Positions 30,798 to 41,456 of a stretch of 64,000 bases of DNA are shown piece by piece; positions within the stretch are counted from its first letter, which is position 1; each line of letters begins with the position of its first letter. Origin of the DNA: an uncultured Prevotellaceae bacterium (GTDB taxonomy: Bacteria > Bacteroidota > Bacteroidia > Bacteroidales > UBA932). The translations under genes were made by a program, and so were the position numbers. Under the pieces are notes generated by a model, which saw only the letters and a list, made by a program, of their open reading frames with translations, searched no databases and had not been told where the DNA came from. The DNA lies in the NCBI GenBank assembly GCA_900314395.1, contig OMVB01000157.1, forward strand, positions 4,433 to 68,432. The letters run 5' to 3'.

Positions 30798-33700
30798 TTA
30801 AAACCTTTCCGGGAGGCCAAGGTCCTTAAAGGTCCTGGGCGCGGGAACGCCGGGCAGGGGCTTGCGGTCCTTGAGCTGCTCAAGGGCAACCTGAACGGCC
30901 TTTTCCAGCTGCTGGTCCTCGCCCGCGGCCTCGCGGATGGGATCGTTGTCCAGAAGGATGTCAGGGTCTACGCCGTGGTTCTCTACAATCCACTTGCCGG
31001 TTGCAGCGTCGTAGTTGGTGAAGAACGGAACGCGCACATCCGTACCGTCAACGTACGGGAGCGGTCCGCTGATACCAACGATGCCTCCCCAGGTACGTGT
31101 GCCTATTACAGTTCCAAGCTTGTTGGCCTTGAAGCTCCAGGGGAAGAGGTCGCCGTCGGAAGCGGAGTACTTGTTGATTAACAGTACCTTAGGTCCGTAG
31201 TGGGTGCCCTCGGGAATCTTTCCGACCCTCTCTGAACCGCGGCGCATTTTAAGGCGGTAAGGCTTGCGCTGCAGGCGCTCTATAATCATCGGGGAAATGT
31301 TTCCGCCGCCGTTTGCGCGGTCGTCAATGATAAGAGCTTCCTTGTCCAGCTGGGGATAATAGTAACGCGCCCATTCGTTAAGTCCCTCGGGGCCCATGTC
31401 AGGTATATAAATGTAGCCTACGCGGCCTCCGGAGAGCTTTTCTACGGTACGGATATTCTTCATTACCCATGCGTAGTGGTAAAGAGGGTCTTCATCGGCA
31501 ATGGGTTTAACCACAACCTTCTTTCCGTCGATGGTGAGTTCCGTGAGGACATCGGCCTTGCCGACAAGGAGCTTGTAGATATTGTCCACATCCTCCAGTG
31601 ATACACCGTCGATGGCTGTGATGACATCGCCCTCCTTTACGCCAAGGCCGGGTTCTGTAAGAGGAGAACGGAGCTCCGGACGGTAGGTAGCGCCCTCCAG
31701 GATCCTGTCGATCTTGAAGCCGCCCTTAACCTTGGAGAATTCCGCTCCGAGAAGTCCCATCTTGATACGCTCCGGCTTGGGATATTCGCCGGGAGTTACG
31801 TAGCAGTGACCAGAGGCTACTTCGCCAATCATTTCACCAAGCAAGTAATTGACATCCAGGCGGGTACGTGCGAACGGAAGCATAACCTCATATTTTTTCT
31901 TGATGGCTTTCCAGTCGCGTCCGTGCATGTTTTCAAGGTAGTAGCCGTCGCGGAAGGCGCGCCAAACCTCGTCGAAGAGCTGGGCCCATTCCTGGCTGAA
32001 GTCTATGGTGGTTACCAGATTGTCGAAGTCAACCGGTTCCTTGGCTGCCATCTTGGGGCCGATGTTGGCTGTATACAGCTTGCCGCCCTTGCGAAGCAGT
32101 GCAACCTTTGAGCCGGGAGTTACGTCGATGGAGGCATCGCAGCAGGACTCGTCCTTGCCGTCTTTGAATGTAAAGATACGGGTGCCGCCGCGGCCGATGT
32201 ACCAGATGCTCTTGCCGTCGCAGTAGAACCTGCGTCCGCTGATAGGAAGTTTAACTATACGCTCGCTGATTCCGTCAGGATCCACCTTCGTACTGGTCTC
32301 TGTCTTGGCGGTCTTGTCCTCCGGCTTTCTGCCTTCCGGCTTCCTGGCCTCATCGGCCTTGACCTCAGGGTCGGTAGCGATGAGGGGTGAAGGAGTGTCG
32401 GCGGAGAGCATCGCCATATAGACACCGCTCATATCGCCGTAGGCGTAATTCCACTCGATGCGGCTGTACTGCGGATGCATGTCGCGGTCGCTGGTGAAGA
32501 TGAGGTATTTGCCATCGGTAGAGAAAACGGGGCTGCCGCTGTTGTACCATCTGTCTGTGACGGGATATTCCTTACCATCGGCAAGATTGCGTAAGTAAAT
32601 GACATTCATCTCATTGGAGTCCGACAGCGTATAGGAAATCCACTTGCCGTCAGGAGAGATGCTCACGCCGCGGAATTCGCCGTTAGGGTTCTGCATAATG
32701 GTGCGTTTGCTGCCGCTTGCAGCGTCTACCTGAACGAAGCGGTTCTTGCGGTCCGTGTAATAAATGTACTTGCTGTCAGGTGCCCACTGGAGGCCTCTGA
32801 TGTAGGTGTCTGCGCCCTTTGTAAGCTGTTTTACAGCACCGGCTTTGACATCGTAAAGATAGACCTCTGTCTCTCCTGTGGAGTCGCCTATCCAGGCGAT
32901 GTGTTTGCCGTCCGGGCTCCATGCGGCGCCGCGGTCGTTGGAGTTGGAAGAGCGGGTAAGGTTGCGGGTAACGCCCTTTCCTACAGGGAGGTCAAAGACT
33001 TCTCCGCGGGCGGTAACTACAACGCGGGAACCGTCGGGGGCAAGGCTTGCAGCGGTGACGTTGTCCTTGACATTGCGGCGCTCTGCGCGGCCGTAAACGG
33101 CGTCCGAGCCAAGTGTAACGGTGATTTTCTTGCACTCGCGGGTGGCAGGGTCAAGTTTGTAAATCCATCCTGCGTTCTCAAATACTATAGTGTGGCCGTC
33201 GGTGGAGGGGAACTTGACGTCGTATTCCTTGAAGTTGGTTACCTTCTGCGTCTGGCCGGTCTTGGTATTGTAAACGAAGATGTTCATTATCATGTCGCGG
33301 TCCGATGCAAAGAAAATCTCGTCCCCGATCCACATCGGGAAGATATCCTGGGCGTCATTATTGGTGACGTTGGTCACCTTCTGTGCCTTGGGATCATAAA
33401 TCCAGATGTCATCGGCCATGCCGCCGCGATAGTACTTCCAGGTACGGAATTCGCGCATGACACGGTTGTATGCCAGTTTGCTTCCGTCCGGGGAATAGCA
33501 GCAGAAGCCGCCCTCCGGCAGCGGGATGAGCTCCGGCATGCCTCCGTCCTTCGATATGGTCCAGAGCTTGCCGTCGAAGCTTTCGCTGATCCTGTTTCGA
33601 TAGACGATTTTCTTGCCGTCCGGACTCCAGGCCATTACCATGTTGTTGGGGCCCATGCGGTCTCCCAGATTGTCCCTGGCATTGGTTGCGGTGTAAGTCA

Positions 33701-34016
33701 GGCGTACAGGTTCGCCGCCTTTTGCGGGGATGCTGTAAACCTCGCGATTGCCGTCGTACTCTCCGGTAAAGGCGATGGTTTTGCCGTCCGGGCTGAACTT
33801 GGCGAACATTTCATAGCCGATGTGGGAAGTAAGCCTGCTGGCCTGTCCGCCCTGGATGGGCACCGTCCAGAGGTCTCCGGCGTAAGAGAAGACTACGTCT
33901 TTTCCGTTAGTCGCAGGAAAGCGCAGGAGCCTGGCTTCCTGCCCGTCTGCCTGGGCAGCCTGTGCTGCGGTTGAGGCGCCAACCGCCAGCATAATCAATG
34001 TGAGGAATTTTTTCAT
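30798..34016 (-). CDS. Tricorn-like S41 family peptidase
   Basis: PD40/WD40-like repeats, PDZ-like segment, IIDDRANGGG, ASDGD catalytic Ser and RTWGG. Confidence 0.93.
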   Translation of the reverse strand: MKKFLTLIMLAVGASTAAQAAQADGQEARLLRFPATNGKDVVFSYAGDLWTVPIQGGQASRLTSHIGYEMFAKFSPDGKTIAFTGEYDGNREVYSIPAKGGEPVRLTYTATNARDNLGDRMGPNNMVMAWSPDGKKIVYRNRISESFDGKLWTISKDGGMPELIPLPEGGFCCYSPDGSKLAYNRVMREFRTWKYYRGGMADDIWIYDPKAQKVTNVTNNDAQDIFPMWIGDEIFFASDRDMIMNIFVYNTKTGQTQKVTNFKEYDVKFPSTDGHTIVFENAGWIYKLDPATRECKKITVTLGSDAVYGRAERRNVKDNVTAASLAPDGSRVVVTARGEVFDLPVGKGVTRNLTRSSNSNDRGAAWSPDGKHIAWIGDSTGETEVYLYDVKAGAVKQLTKGADTYIRGLQWAPDSKYIYYTDRKNRFVQVDAASGSKRTIMQNPNGEFRGVSISPDGKWISYTLSDSNEMNVIYLRNLADGKEYPVTDRWYNSGSPVFSTDGKYLIFTSDRDMHPQYSRIEWNYAYGDMSGVYMAMLSADTPSPLIATDPEVKADEARKPEGRKPEDKTAKTETSTKVDPDGISERIVKLPISGRRFYCDGKSIWYIGRGGTRIFTFKDGKDESCCDASIDVTPGSKVALLRKGGKLYTANIGPKMAAKEPVDFDNLVTTIDFSQEWAQLFDEVWRAFRDGYYLENMHGRDWKAIKKKYEVMLPFARTRLDVNYLLGEMIGEVASGHCYVTPGEYPKPERIKMGLLGAEFSKVKGGFKIDRILEGATYRPELRSPLTEPGLGVKEGDVITAIDGVSLEDVDNIYKLLVGKADVLTELTIDGKKVVVKPIADEDPLYHYAWVMKNIRTVEKLSGGRVGYIYIPDMGPEGLNEWARYYYPQLDKEALIIDDRANGGGNISPMIIERLQRKPYRLKMRRGSERVGKIPEGTHYGPKVLLINKYSASDGDLFPWSFKANKLGTVIGTRTWGGIVGISGPLPYVDGTDVRVPFFTNYDAATGKWIVENHGVDPDILLDNDPIREAAGEDQQLEKAVQVALEQLKDRKPLPGVPAPRTFKDLGLPERF

Positions 34017-34034
34017 ATATATTAGAATAATATG

Positions 34035-34571
34035 TTACAGATTGTTTGCGCTGTGCAGGTGCCAGAGGATGATGCCGATGGAGACGGAGACGTTGAAGGA
34101 GTGCTTGGTGCCGTACTGGGGAATCTCCAGGGAGAAATCAGAAGCGTCTACGGCCTCCTGGGAGACGCCGTCCACCTCGTTGCCGAAGACAACGGCGTAC
34201 TTTCGGCCGGCCTCAGGCACGAAGGCGTCCAGCTTCACGGACTCCGTAGTCTGCTCTGCGCTGACTATGGTGTACCCCTGGGCCTTGAGCGCGCGCAGAG
34301 CCGCCAGGGTGTCCTGCGCGTACTCCCACGGCACGCTGTCCTCTGCGCCAAGGGCGGATTTGTGAATCTCCGCCGACGGGGGAGTGGCGCAAATTCCGCA
34401 CAGCACAACCTTGTCTGCCTTGAAGCAGTCCGCCGTCCTGAAGGCGGACCCCACGTTGTGCGCGCTGCGTATGTTATCCAGCACCAGGACGATGCCGCAT
34501 CCCGGCCGGCTGCGGTAATCGTCGGCGCTGATGCGACCCATTTCTATGCTGAGGAGTTTTCTGTTGCTCAT
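34035..34571 (-). CDS. TrmH/SpoU family RNA methyltransferase
   Basis: [26 protein letters not shown] and HSFNVSVS motifs. Confidence 0.92.
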   Translation of the reverse strand: MSNRKLLSIEMGRISADDYRSRPGCGIVLVLDNIRSAHNVGSAFRTADCFKADKVVLCGICATPPSAEIHKSALGAEDSVPWEYAQDTLAALRALKAQGYTIVSAEQTTESVKLDAFVPEAGRKYAVVFGNEVDGVSQEAVDASDFSLEIPQYGTKHSFNVSVSIGIILWHLHSANNL

Positions 34572-34578
34572 GGTTTTG

Positions 34579-34606
34579 CAAAGATAGGATTATTTTCTTA
34601 TCTTTG
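34579..34606. promoter_or_regulatory. Divergent trmH/glyA promoters
   Basis: TATCTTTG on the minus strand at 34586-34579 and on the plus strand at 34599-34606. Confidence 0.6.
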
Positions 34607-34655
34607 TCCGATTATTTGCTTTAGCAAAAATAAAAAACTACATAATTCAAATTTT

Positions 34656-36002
34656 ATGAAACAAGACCTACAGGTATTTGACCTCATCAAGAAGGAAAAG
34701 GAAAGACAGTCTTCCGGTCTGGAGCTTATTGCTTCGGAGAATTACGTAACCGACCAGGTGCTGGAAGCCATGGGCTCCGTATGCACCAACAAATACGCAG
34801 AGGGCTACCCCGGAAAGCGTTATTATGGCGGCTGCGAGGTCGTTGACCAGATAGAACAGCTGGCTATCGACCGTCTTTGCAAACTTTTTGATGCAGAGTA
34901 TGCAAACGTACAGCCTCATTCAGGCGCCCAGGCAAACATGGCAGTTATCATGGCCTGCCTTAAGCCGGGAGATACATTCATGGGCCTGGACCTTAGCATG
35001 GGCGGCCACCTTACACACGGCTCACCCGTCAATGCCTCCGGTATTCTCTATCACCCCGTAGCATATGGTCTTAACGAGGCCACCGGCCGCGTAGACTACG
35101 ACGAGCTGGAGCGCAAGGCGCTGGAGTGCAAACCAAAGCTCATCATCGGAGGAGCATCGGCTTATTCCCGCGAATGGGACTATGAGCGCATGCGCGCCGT
35201 AGCAGACAAGGTGGGAGCACTGCTCTGGATAGACATGGCACATACCGCCGGCCTCATCGCCGCAGGCCTTCTCAAGAACCCTGTAAAATACGCTCATATC
35301 GTAACATCCACCACCCACAAGACACTTCGCGGACCACGCGGCGGTATTATCCTCATGGGCAAGGACTTCGACAATCCCTGGGGCCTTACCACCCCGAAGG
35401 GAGAGATCAAGAAGATGAGCGCAATACTGAACGCAAGCGTATTCCCCGGCATCCAGGGCGGTCCTCTGGAGCACGTAATCGCATCCAAGGCAGTCGCTTT
35501 CTTTGAGGCGATGCAGCCGGAATACAAAGAGTATCAGCTTCAGGTGATGTCCAACGCCCGCACCATGTGCGACGAGTTCATCGCCCGCGGCTATAAGATC
35601 ATCTCCGGCGGAACAGACAACCACCTCATGCTCATCGACCTCCGAACCAAATTCCCCGGTCTTAGCGGAAAGGTTGCAGAGAAAGAGCTGGTTGCAGCCG
35701 ATATCACTGTAAACAAGAACATGGTTCCATTCGACAGCCGCAGCGCCTTCCAGACCTCCGGCCTTCGTGTGGGAACACCTGCTATTACCTCCCGCGGCTT
35801 CGTAGAGAAGGACATGGCGGACATCGTCCAGCTTGTTGACACCGTCCTTGCCAGCGCAGCTAACGCAGTGGAGGCGCTCACCGCCAAGGGAGAGCTCACC
35901 GCAGAGCAGCAGAAAGCCCTCGACGCCCACAGGGCAGTCCAGGACGAGGTTCGCCGCAAGGTTCACATGATGACCTCCGGCCGCCCGCTTAACAGATTTT
36001 AA
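34656..36002 (+). CDS. glyA: Serine hydroxymethyltransferase
   Basis: [28 protein letters not shown] and [14 protein letters not shown]; real start MKQDL at 34656, the ORF-track extension is spurious. Confidence 0.97.
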   Translation: MKQDLQVFDLIKKEKERQSSGLELIASENYVTDQVLEAMGSVCTNKYAEGYPGKRYYGGCEVVDQIEQLAIDRLCKLFDAEYANVQPHSGAQANMAVIMACLKPGDTFMGLDLSMGGHLTHGSPVNASGILYHPVAYGLNEATGRVDYDELERKALECKPKLIIGGASAYSREWDYERMRAVADKVGALLWIDMAHTAGLIAAGLLKNPVKYAHIVTSTTHKTLRGPRGGIILMGKDFDNPWGLTTPKGEIKKMSAILNASVFPGIQGGPLEHVIASKAVAFFEAMQPEYKEYQLQVMSNARTMCDEFIARGYKIISGGTDNHLMLIDLRTKFPGLSGKVAEKELVAADITVNKNMVPFDSRSAFQTSGLRVGTPAITSRGFVEKDMADIVQLVDTVLASAANAVEALTAKGELTAEQQKALDAHRAVQDEVRRKVHMMTSGRPLNRF

Positions 36003-36020
36003 TGTACTAAACCTTATATT

Positions 36021-36890
36021 ATGAGTTTGAAAATCGTTGTCCTGGCCAAGCAAGTGCCGGACACCAGGAATGTAGGGAAAGATGCAATGACCCCGGAAGG
36101 CACCGTTAACCGTGCCGCCCTTCCGGCCATCTTTAACCCGGATGACCTGAACGCCCTTGAGCAGGCGCTCAGACTGAAAGAACAGAATCCCGGCTCTACC
36201 GTAGGCGTACTCACCATGGGTCCGCCCCGCGCCGGAGAAATAATCCGTCAGGGCCTTTATCGTGGCGCTGACACAGGCTGGCTCCTTACGGACCGCCTCT
36301 TCGCAGGTGCAGACACCCTTGCAACTTCTTATGCACTGGCAACTGCAATCAAGAAAATCGGCAAAGTGGACGTTGTACTCGGAGGCCGTCAGGCCATCGA
36401 CGGCGACACTGCCCAGGTAGGTCCCCAGGTAGCCCAGAAACTAGGGCTCAACCAGGTTACCTACGCAGAGGAAATCCTTGGCATCAAGGACGGAGTCGCT
36501 ACAATCCGCCGCCGCATTGACGGTGGCCAGGAGACCGTACAGGTGCCTCTTCCCGTGCTTATCACCGTTAACGGAACAGCAGCTCCCTGCCGCCCGCAGA
36601 ACGTCAAGCTGGTCATGAAGTACAAGTACGCCACCTGCCCCATGGAGCGCCCGGAGGATGACCCCCGTGCCAACCTTTACGAGGAGCGTCCTTACCTTAC
36701 CCTTAACCAGTGGAGTGTTGCCGATGTTGGCGGAGATCCCGCACAGTGCGGCCTGGCAGGTTCACCTACCAAGGTTAAGACTGTCCAGAACATCGTCTTC
36801 CAGGCAAAGGAGAGCAAGACTCTCACCGCATCGGACGCAGACATCGACGGTATCGTGAAAGAATTGTTATCAGAAAAAATTATCGGTTAG
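36021..36890 (+). CDS. etfB: Electron transfer flavoprotein beta subunit
   Basis: KQVPDT, NPDDLNALE and GRQAIDGDTAQVGP motifs. Confidence 0.95.
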   Translation: MSLKIVVLAKQVPDTRNVGKDAMTPEGTVNRAALPAIFNPDDLNALEQALRLKEQNPGSTVGVLTMGPPRAGEIIRQGLYRGADTGWLLTDRLFAGADTLATSYALATAIKKIGKVDVVLGGRQAIDGDTAQVGPQVAQKLGLNQVTYAEEILGIKDGVATIRRRIDGGQETVQVPLPVLITVNGTAAPCRPQNVKLVMKYKYATCPMERPEDDPRANLYEERPYLTLNQWSVADVGGDPAQCGLAGSPTKVKTVQNIVFQAKESKTLTASDADIDGIVKELLSEKIIG

Positions 36891-36893
36891 GCT

Positions 36894-37916
36894 ATGAACA
36901 ATGTATTTGTATATTGCGAGATAGAAGGCACAACTGTAGCCGAGGTCTCACAGGAACTTCTCACCAAGGGTCGCAAGCTTGCGAACCGTCTTGGAGTTGA
37001 ACTCCACGCTGTGGTAGCCGGTACCGGTATCAAAGGAAAGGTAGAGGAGCAGATCCTTCCTTACGGAGTGGACAAACTCTTCGTCTTTGACGGAAAAGAC
37101 CTCTTCCCGTACACATCGGCCCCGCATACCGATATCCTGGTAAACCTCTTCAAGGAAGAAAAACCGCAGATCTGCCTCATGGGCGCAACCGTTATCGGCC
37201 GCGACCTTGGCCCCCGCGTCTCTTCATCCCTGACCAGCGGACTTACCGCAGACTGCACAGAGCTTGAGATCGGCCCTTATGACGATGTCAAGACAAAGGA
37301 GCATTATGACGACCTTCTTTACCAGATCCGTCCTGCATTCGGCGGCAACATCGTCGCTACCATCGTCAACCCTGAGCATCGTCCCCAGATGGCAACAGTA
37401 CGTTCCGGTGTGATGCAGAAGGCTCTTTACGAAGGAAAGGCAAAAGGAGAGGTTGTTTACGCCGATGTTGCCAAGTATGTTTCCCCGGAGGCTTATGTTG
37501 TCAAGGTTCTTGACCACCACGTAGAGGCTGCAAAGCACAACCTCAAGGGCGCATCAATCGTCGTTTCCGGCGGTTACGGAATGGGCAGCAAGGAAGGCTT
37601 CGACATGCTCTTCGACCTTGCAAAGGTTCTCCACGCAGAGGTTGGCGCATCCCGCGCTGCCGTTGACGCAGGCTTCTGCGACAATGACCGCCAGGTTGGC
37701 CAGACCGGTGTTACCGTTCACCCGAAGGTTTACATCGCCTGCGGAATCAGCGGCCAGATCCAGCATATCGCAGGTATGCAGGACAGCAAGATTATCATAA
37801 GCATCAACAGTGACCCCGACGCACCTATCAACAAGATTGCAGACTATGTAATCGTCGGTACAGTAGAGGAGGTCATCCCCAAGCTTATCAAGTATTATAA
37901 GCAGAACAGCAAATAG
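36894..37916 (+). CDS. etfA: Electron transfer flavoprotein alpha subunit
   Basis: GLTADCT, RPAFGGN, GASRAAVD, QVGQTG and GISGQIQH motifs. Confidence 0.95.
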   Translation: MNNVFVYCEIEGTTVAEVSQELLTKGRKLANRLGVELHAVVAGTGIKGKVEEQILPYGVDKLFVFDGKDLFPYTSAPHTDILVNLFKEEKPQICLMGATVIGRDLGPRVSSSLTSGLTADCTELEIGPYDDVKTKEHYDDLLYQIRPAFGGNIVATIVNPEHRPQMATVRSGVMQKALYEGKAKGEVVYADVAKYVSPEAYVVKVLDHHVEAAKHNLKGASIVVSGGYGMGSKEGFDMLFDLAKVLHAEVGASRAAVDAGFCDNDRQVGQTGVTVHPKVYIACGISGQIQHIAGMQDSKIIISINSDPDAPINKIADYVIVGTVEEVIPKLIKYYKQNSK

Positions 37917-37928
37917 GAGGCAAGAACC

Positions 37929-39653
37929 ATGGCAAATTACTATACAGACCATCCCGAAATCAAGTTCCACCTTGGCAAACCCCTCATGAAGAGGATTGCA
38001 GAGCTCAAGGAACGCGGATACACCCAGAAGGATCTTTATCCGGAGGCACCTGTAGATTTTGAGGATTGCATAGAGAACTATAACCGTCTGCTTGAGATTG
38101 TAGGCGACGTTGCCGCAAATGTTATCGAGCCCAACTCAGAGAGTGTAGACCTTGAAGGACCGCACCTTGAGAACGGCCGCATGATTTACGCATCCAAGAC
38201 CGTAGAGAACATGGAGGCAGCCACCAAGGCCGGTCTCTGGGGCCTCACAATGCCCCGTCGCTACGACGGACTCAACTGCCCGGAGGTCGTTTTCAGCATG
38301 GCAAGCGAGCTTATTTCCGCCGCCGATGCTTCTTTCCAGAACATCTGGAGCCTTCAGAGCTGTGCAGAGACTCTTTACGAGTTCGGTAACGACGACCAGC
38401 GCCAGCGTTTCATCCCCCGCGTATGCGCAGGTGAGACCATGTCCATGGACCTTACAGAGCCCGATGCCGGTTCTGACCTCCAGAGGGTTATGCTCAAGGC
38501 TACCTGGTCAGAGAAAGACAATTGCTGGCTCCTTAACGGCGTTAAGCGTTTCATCACCAACGGTGACTCAAACATCCACCTTGTACTTGCCCGCTCAGAG
38601 GAAGGAACAAAGGACGGCCGCGGCCTTTCAATGTTCATCTATGACAAGCGTCAGGGAGGCGTTAACGTACGTCACATAGAGCACAAGCTGGGTATCCACG
38701 GCAGCCCTACCTGCGAGCTTACTTACAAGAACGCAAAAGCAGAGCTCTGCGGAAGCCCCCGTCTTGGCCTTATCAAGTACGTGATGTCCCTTATGAACGG
38801 CGCACGTCTGGGAATCGGCGCGCAGAGCACCGGTCTTAGCCAGGAGGCTTACAACCAGGCAGTTGCATATGCAAACGAGCGCGAGCAGTTCGGTCAGAAG
38901 ATCAAGAACTTCCCGGCAGTTTACGATATGCTCAGCCGTATGAAGGCAAAACTTGATGCAAGTCGCACAATGCTTTATCAGACAGCTGCTTACGTAGATG
39001 TTTACAAGGCTCTTGAGGACATCCAGCGCGAGCGTCCTCTTACCCCGGAAGAGAAGGCGGAACTCAAGAAGTACAGCCGTATGGCAGACGCTTTCACTCC
39101 TCTTTGCAAGGGTATGACTTCAGAGTATGCAAACCAGAACGCCTATGACGCAGTTTCCGTACACGGCGGTTCCGGTTTCATCATGGAGTACAAGTGCCAG
39201 CGCCTCATGCGTGACGCACGTATCTTCTCTATCTACGAGGGTACCACCCAGCTCCAGGTAGTTGCATCCATCCGTTACATTACCAACGGTACTTACCTTG
39301 GAATTATCGACGAGATGCTTCAGAACGAGGTTTCAGAGGCTATGAAGCCGCTGAGGGCCCGCGTAGAGAAGATGCTCGACGCCTACAAGGACGCTATCGA
39401 GAAGGTTAAGGCTTCAGGGAACCAGGAGGTTCAGGACTTCCTTGCACGCCGTCTCTATGAGATGACCGCAGGCATCGTTTACTCCCTGCTTCTCATCGAT
39501 GACGCTTCCAAGGCTCCTGAGATGTTCGAGCGCAGTGCAAACGTTTACGTTCGCATGGTAGAGGCAGAGGCCGCTGCCCACAAGCAGTACATTGACAATT
39601 TTGTTGCCGATGCCGCCGCAGCCGACACTCTGGCTGCCTTCCGTGCAGAATAA
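37929..39653 (+). CDS. Acyl-CoA dehydrogenase
   Basis: DLTEPDAGSDL, NGVKRFIT, KLGIHGSPT, VHGGSG and IYEGTTQLQ motifs. Confidence 0.95.
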   Translation: MANYYTDHPEIKFHLGKPLMKRIAELKERGYTQKDLYPEAPVDFEDCIENYNRLLEIVGDVAANVIEPNSESVDLEGPHLENGRMIYASKTVENMEAATKAGLWGLTMPRRYDGLNCPEVVFSMASELISAADASFQNIWSLQSCAETLYEFGNDDQRQRFIPRVCAGETMSMDLTEPDAGSDLQRVMLKATWSEKDNCWLLNGVKRFITNGDSNIHLVLARSEEGTKDGRGLSMFIYDKRQGGVNVRHIEHKLGIHGSPTCELTYKNAKAELCGSPRLGLIKYVMSLMNGARLGIGAQSTGLSQEAYNQAVAYANEREQFGQKIKNFPAVYDMLSRMKAKLDASRTMLYQTAAYVDVYKALEDIQRERPLTPEEKAELKKYSRMADAFTPLCKGMTSEYANQNAYDAVSVHGGSGFIMEYKCQRLMRDARIFSIYEGTTQLQVVASIRYITNGTYLGIIDEMLQNEVSEAMKPLRARVEKMLDAYKDAIEKVKASGNQEVQDFLARRLYEMTAGIVYSLLLIDDASKAPEMFERSANVYVRMVEAEAAAHKQYIDNFVADAAAADTLAAFRAE

Positions 39654-39660
39654 ACGACGG

Positions 39661-39745
39661 ATTAATACAAAATATATATCCCAAAGGCCAAAATAAAAGG
39701 GTCCATGGCCTTTGGGATATATATTTTTATTAATAATGCTATTCC
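39661..39745 (+). repeat. Long palindrome family B, copy 3 (left boundary of the polymerase cassette)
   Basis: 21-bp stem 39669-39689/39707-39727; loop AAAATAAAAGGGTCCAT. Confidence 0.9.
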
Positions 39746-39921
39746 CGGTCCTTTGCGGATTGCTCTGCAGTGGCGGCGATGATATCCTCGTAGCCGGTGA
39801 GGGCGGCGAAAGGCGCGAACTGGGCGGCACGGTCCCGGCGCGGCATGCGGGGGTGCCGGATAGACGGTTCCGGATGGGGGAGGTTTATGATATCGTCGTA
39901 GATATGATCAAAGTCACTCAT
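39739..39921 (-). CDS. Short YolD/YqjX-like polymerase accessory protein, probably C-terminally truncated
   Basis: YDDIINLPHP...RAAQFAPFAALTGY motif typical of genes following UvrX/YqjW-type polymerases; only 60 aa; overlaps the polymerase stop (ATGA). Confidence 0.7.
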   Translation of the reverse strand: MSDFDHIYDDIINLPHPEPSIRHPRMPRRDRAAQFAPFAALTGYEDIIAATAEQSAKDRE

Positions 39922-41327
39922 TGCCTGTGTCCTCCTACCTGTTTGTTGCGTTCTATTGCTGTTGCACCCTCGTCAAAATTGGTCCCCTTGAGTATGGCGT
40001 TTTTGCCGTACTTCCGGCGGATAGCCAGGATGGCCTCCTGACGGCGGCGCTCGCGGTCTTCATCGGCCGGTGAATTGTCCTGGAACAGAAACAGTTGCTC
40101 GCCCTCCACCTTGTCTTCCGGAACGGTGTTCCCGAAGCCTATGTAAATGCGCCTTACAAGAAGACCCGGGTCTGCAATCCTGTCGAATATCTCTACCATT
40201 TCCTTGCGTATCAGCGCCGTGGACGAGCTGTGCCGCCCAAGCTGGGAAGAGCCGTGGGACGGTTTGGGCATAGCCCTGCCATAGAAGTCTGTGGTTACCG
40301 TACCCTTGAACTTTCCGGGCTCTTCAAGGCTGGCCGTATCATATACTATATCAAGGGTAATGTGGTCCGTAAGCAGTTTTTTAGCCACCAGTTCCATTAC
40401 CAGGGATTCCGTCATTTCCTTGGTTATAACCTTGGCCTCTGCGCAAGTGTAAGGCCGGGAAAGAACCTGGCCGCGGCTAAGGCTGTTGGTGGAAGGCCGA
40501 TATGCTTTTATATCTTCCATTGTGCATGGCTCCCAGCCCCAGGCATGGTCTATAAGCAGCTCTGCGTTCACTCCTAAGAGTTTGTACAGGAAATCCTCCG
40601 AATAGCGTCCGTAGCCCCGTCCAAGGGAGCACCGGGCGACATCGCCAAGGGTGAACAGGCCGGCGGTCTCAAGGCGGGCCGCAATGCCTCGCCCGATCCT
40701 CCAGAAATCGGTCAACGGCCGGTGATTCCAATACTTACGACGGTAGCTGAGCTCGTCCAGTTCTGCGATCCGGACGCCGTCGGCATCGGCTTCCTGATGC
40801 TTGGCCTCTATGTCCATTGCAATCTTTGCAAGATAAAGATTAGGGCCGATGCCGGCCGTAGCTGTGATTCCGGTTGTGGCCAGTACGTCGCGAATCATGC
40901 GCATCGCAAACTCATGGGCGCTAAGCTTGTAAAGCCTCAGGTAATCGGTAGCGTCTATGAAGACCTCGTCTACGGAGTAGGGGTGAATATCTTCCGGGGC
41001 TACATATTTAAGGTACACATTGAAGACCTGCCCACTCACCTGCATGTAGTAACCCATACGCGGCGGTGCGGCTATGAAGGTGACTTGCTGCGACTTAGGG
41101 CGCTTTGCGTTGACTTCCCTAAGCCGCTGCTTCACCTCAAACAGCCGCGCCCTGCCGGGAATGCCGAAGGCTTTTAAAGATGGCGTCACAGCCAGGCATA
41201 TAGTCTTGTCCGTACGGCTTTCATCGGCAACGACAAGATTGGTCGTAAGCGGGTCCAGCCCCCTTGCGACACATTCCGCCGAAGCGTAGAAAGACTTCAG
41301 GTCAATGGCTATATATGTTTTCTGCAT
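39918..41327 (-). CDS. Y-family translesion DNA polymerase (UmuC/UvrX/YqjW-like)
   Basis: IAIDLKSFYASAEC, YSVDEVFID, TATAGIGPNLYLAK and AILAIRRKYGKNAILKG motifs. Confidence 0.93.
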   Translation of the reverse strand: MQKTYIAIDLKSFYASAECVARGLDPLTTNLVVADESRTDKTICLAVTPSLKAFGIPGRARLFEVKQRLREVNAKRPKSQQVTFIAAPPRMGYYMQVSGQVFNVYLKYVAPEDIHPYSVDEVFIDATDYLRLYKLSAHEFAMRMIRDVLATTGITATAGIGPNLYLAKIAMDIEAKHQEADADGVRIAELDELSYRRKYWNHRPLTDFWRIGRGIAARLETAGLFTLGDVARCSLGRGYGRYSEDFLYKLLGVNAELLIDHAWGWEPCTMEDIKAYRPSTNSLSRGQVLSRPYTCAEAKVITKEMTESLVMELVAKKLLTDHITLDIVYDTASLEEPGKFKGTVTTDFYGRAMPKPSHGSSQLGRHSSSTALIRKEMVEIFDRIADPGLLVRRIYIGFGNTVPEDKVEGEQLFLFQDNSPADEDRERRRQEAILAIRRKYGKNAILKGTNFDEGATAIERNKQVGGHRQ

Positions 41328-41331
41328 ACAG

Positions 41332-41362
41332 CGAAGTTAGCTATTTTCCCGGAAAGAACAAA
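41332..41362 (-). promoter_or_regulatory. Cassette-internal promoter for the polymerase
   Basis: TTTG (41362-41359), 19-nt spacer, then TAACTTCG (41339-41332), a one-mismatch -7 element just upstream of the ATG. Confidence 0.5.
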
Positions 41363-41366
41363 CCGC

Positions 41367-41447
41367 GGAATAGCATTAATAAAAATATATATCCCAAAAG
41401 CCGGAAAATAAGAATCCATGGCCTTTGGGATATATATTTTGTATAAT
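41367..41447 (+). repeat. Long palindrome family B, copy 4 (right boundary of the polymerase cassette)
   Basis: Stem 41382-41402/41420-41440 with one mismatch; loop GGAAAATAAGAATCCAT. Confidence 0.9.
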
Positions 41448-41456
41448 CTGTCTGTC

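Larger units (their letters stand above)
39690..41419. mobile_element. Putative palindrome-bounded cassette carrying a Y-family polymerase and a YolD-like gene
   Basis: Loops are in direct orientation 1713 bp apart. Outer arms match each other and inner arms match each other better than each copy matches itself. No recombinase is encoded inside. Confidence 0.55.

Noticed and set aside
34032-34655. 208-aa N-terminal extension of GlyA
   Set aside because: It is antisense to the trmH gene and upstream of the glyA -7 element; real start is 34656.
39918-41327. Polymerase cassette as an IS or composite transposon
   Set aside because: No transposase motifs (DDE, HUH, serine or tyrosine recombinase) and no target-site duplication distinct from the palindromes.
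41345-41355. TTTCC-C-GGAAA as an SOS-type operator in the polymerase promoter
   Set aside because: Only a 5-bp inverted repeat, and not seen upstream of ssb or recJ; too weak to call.
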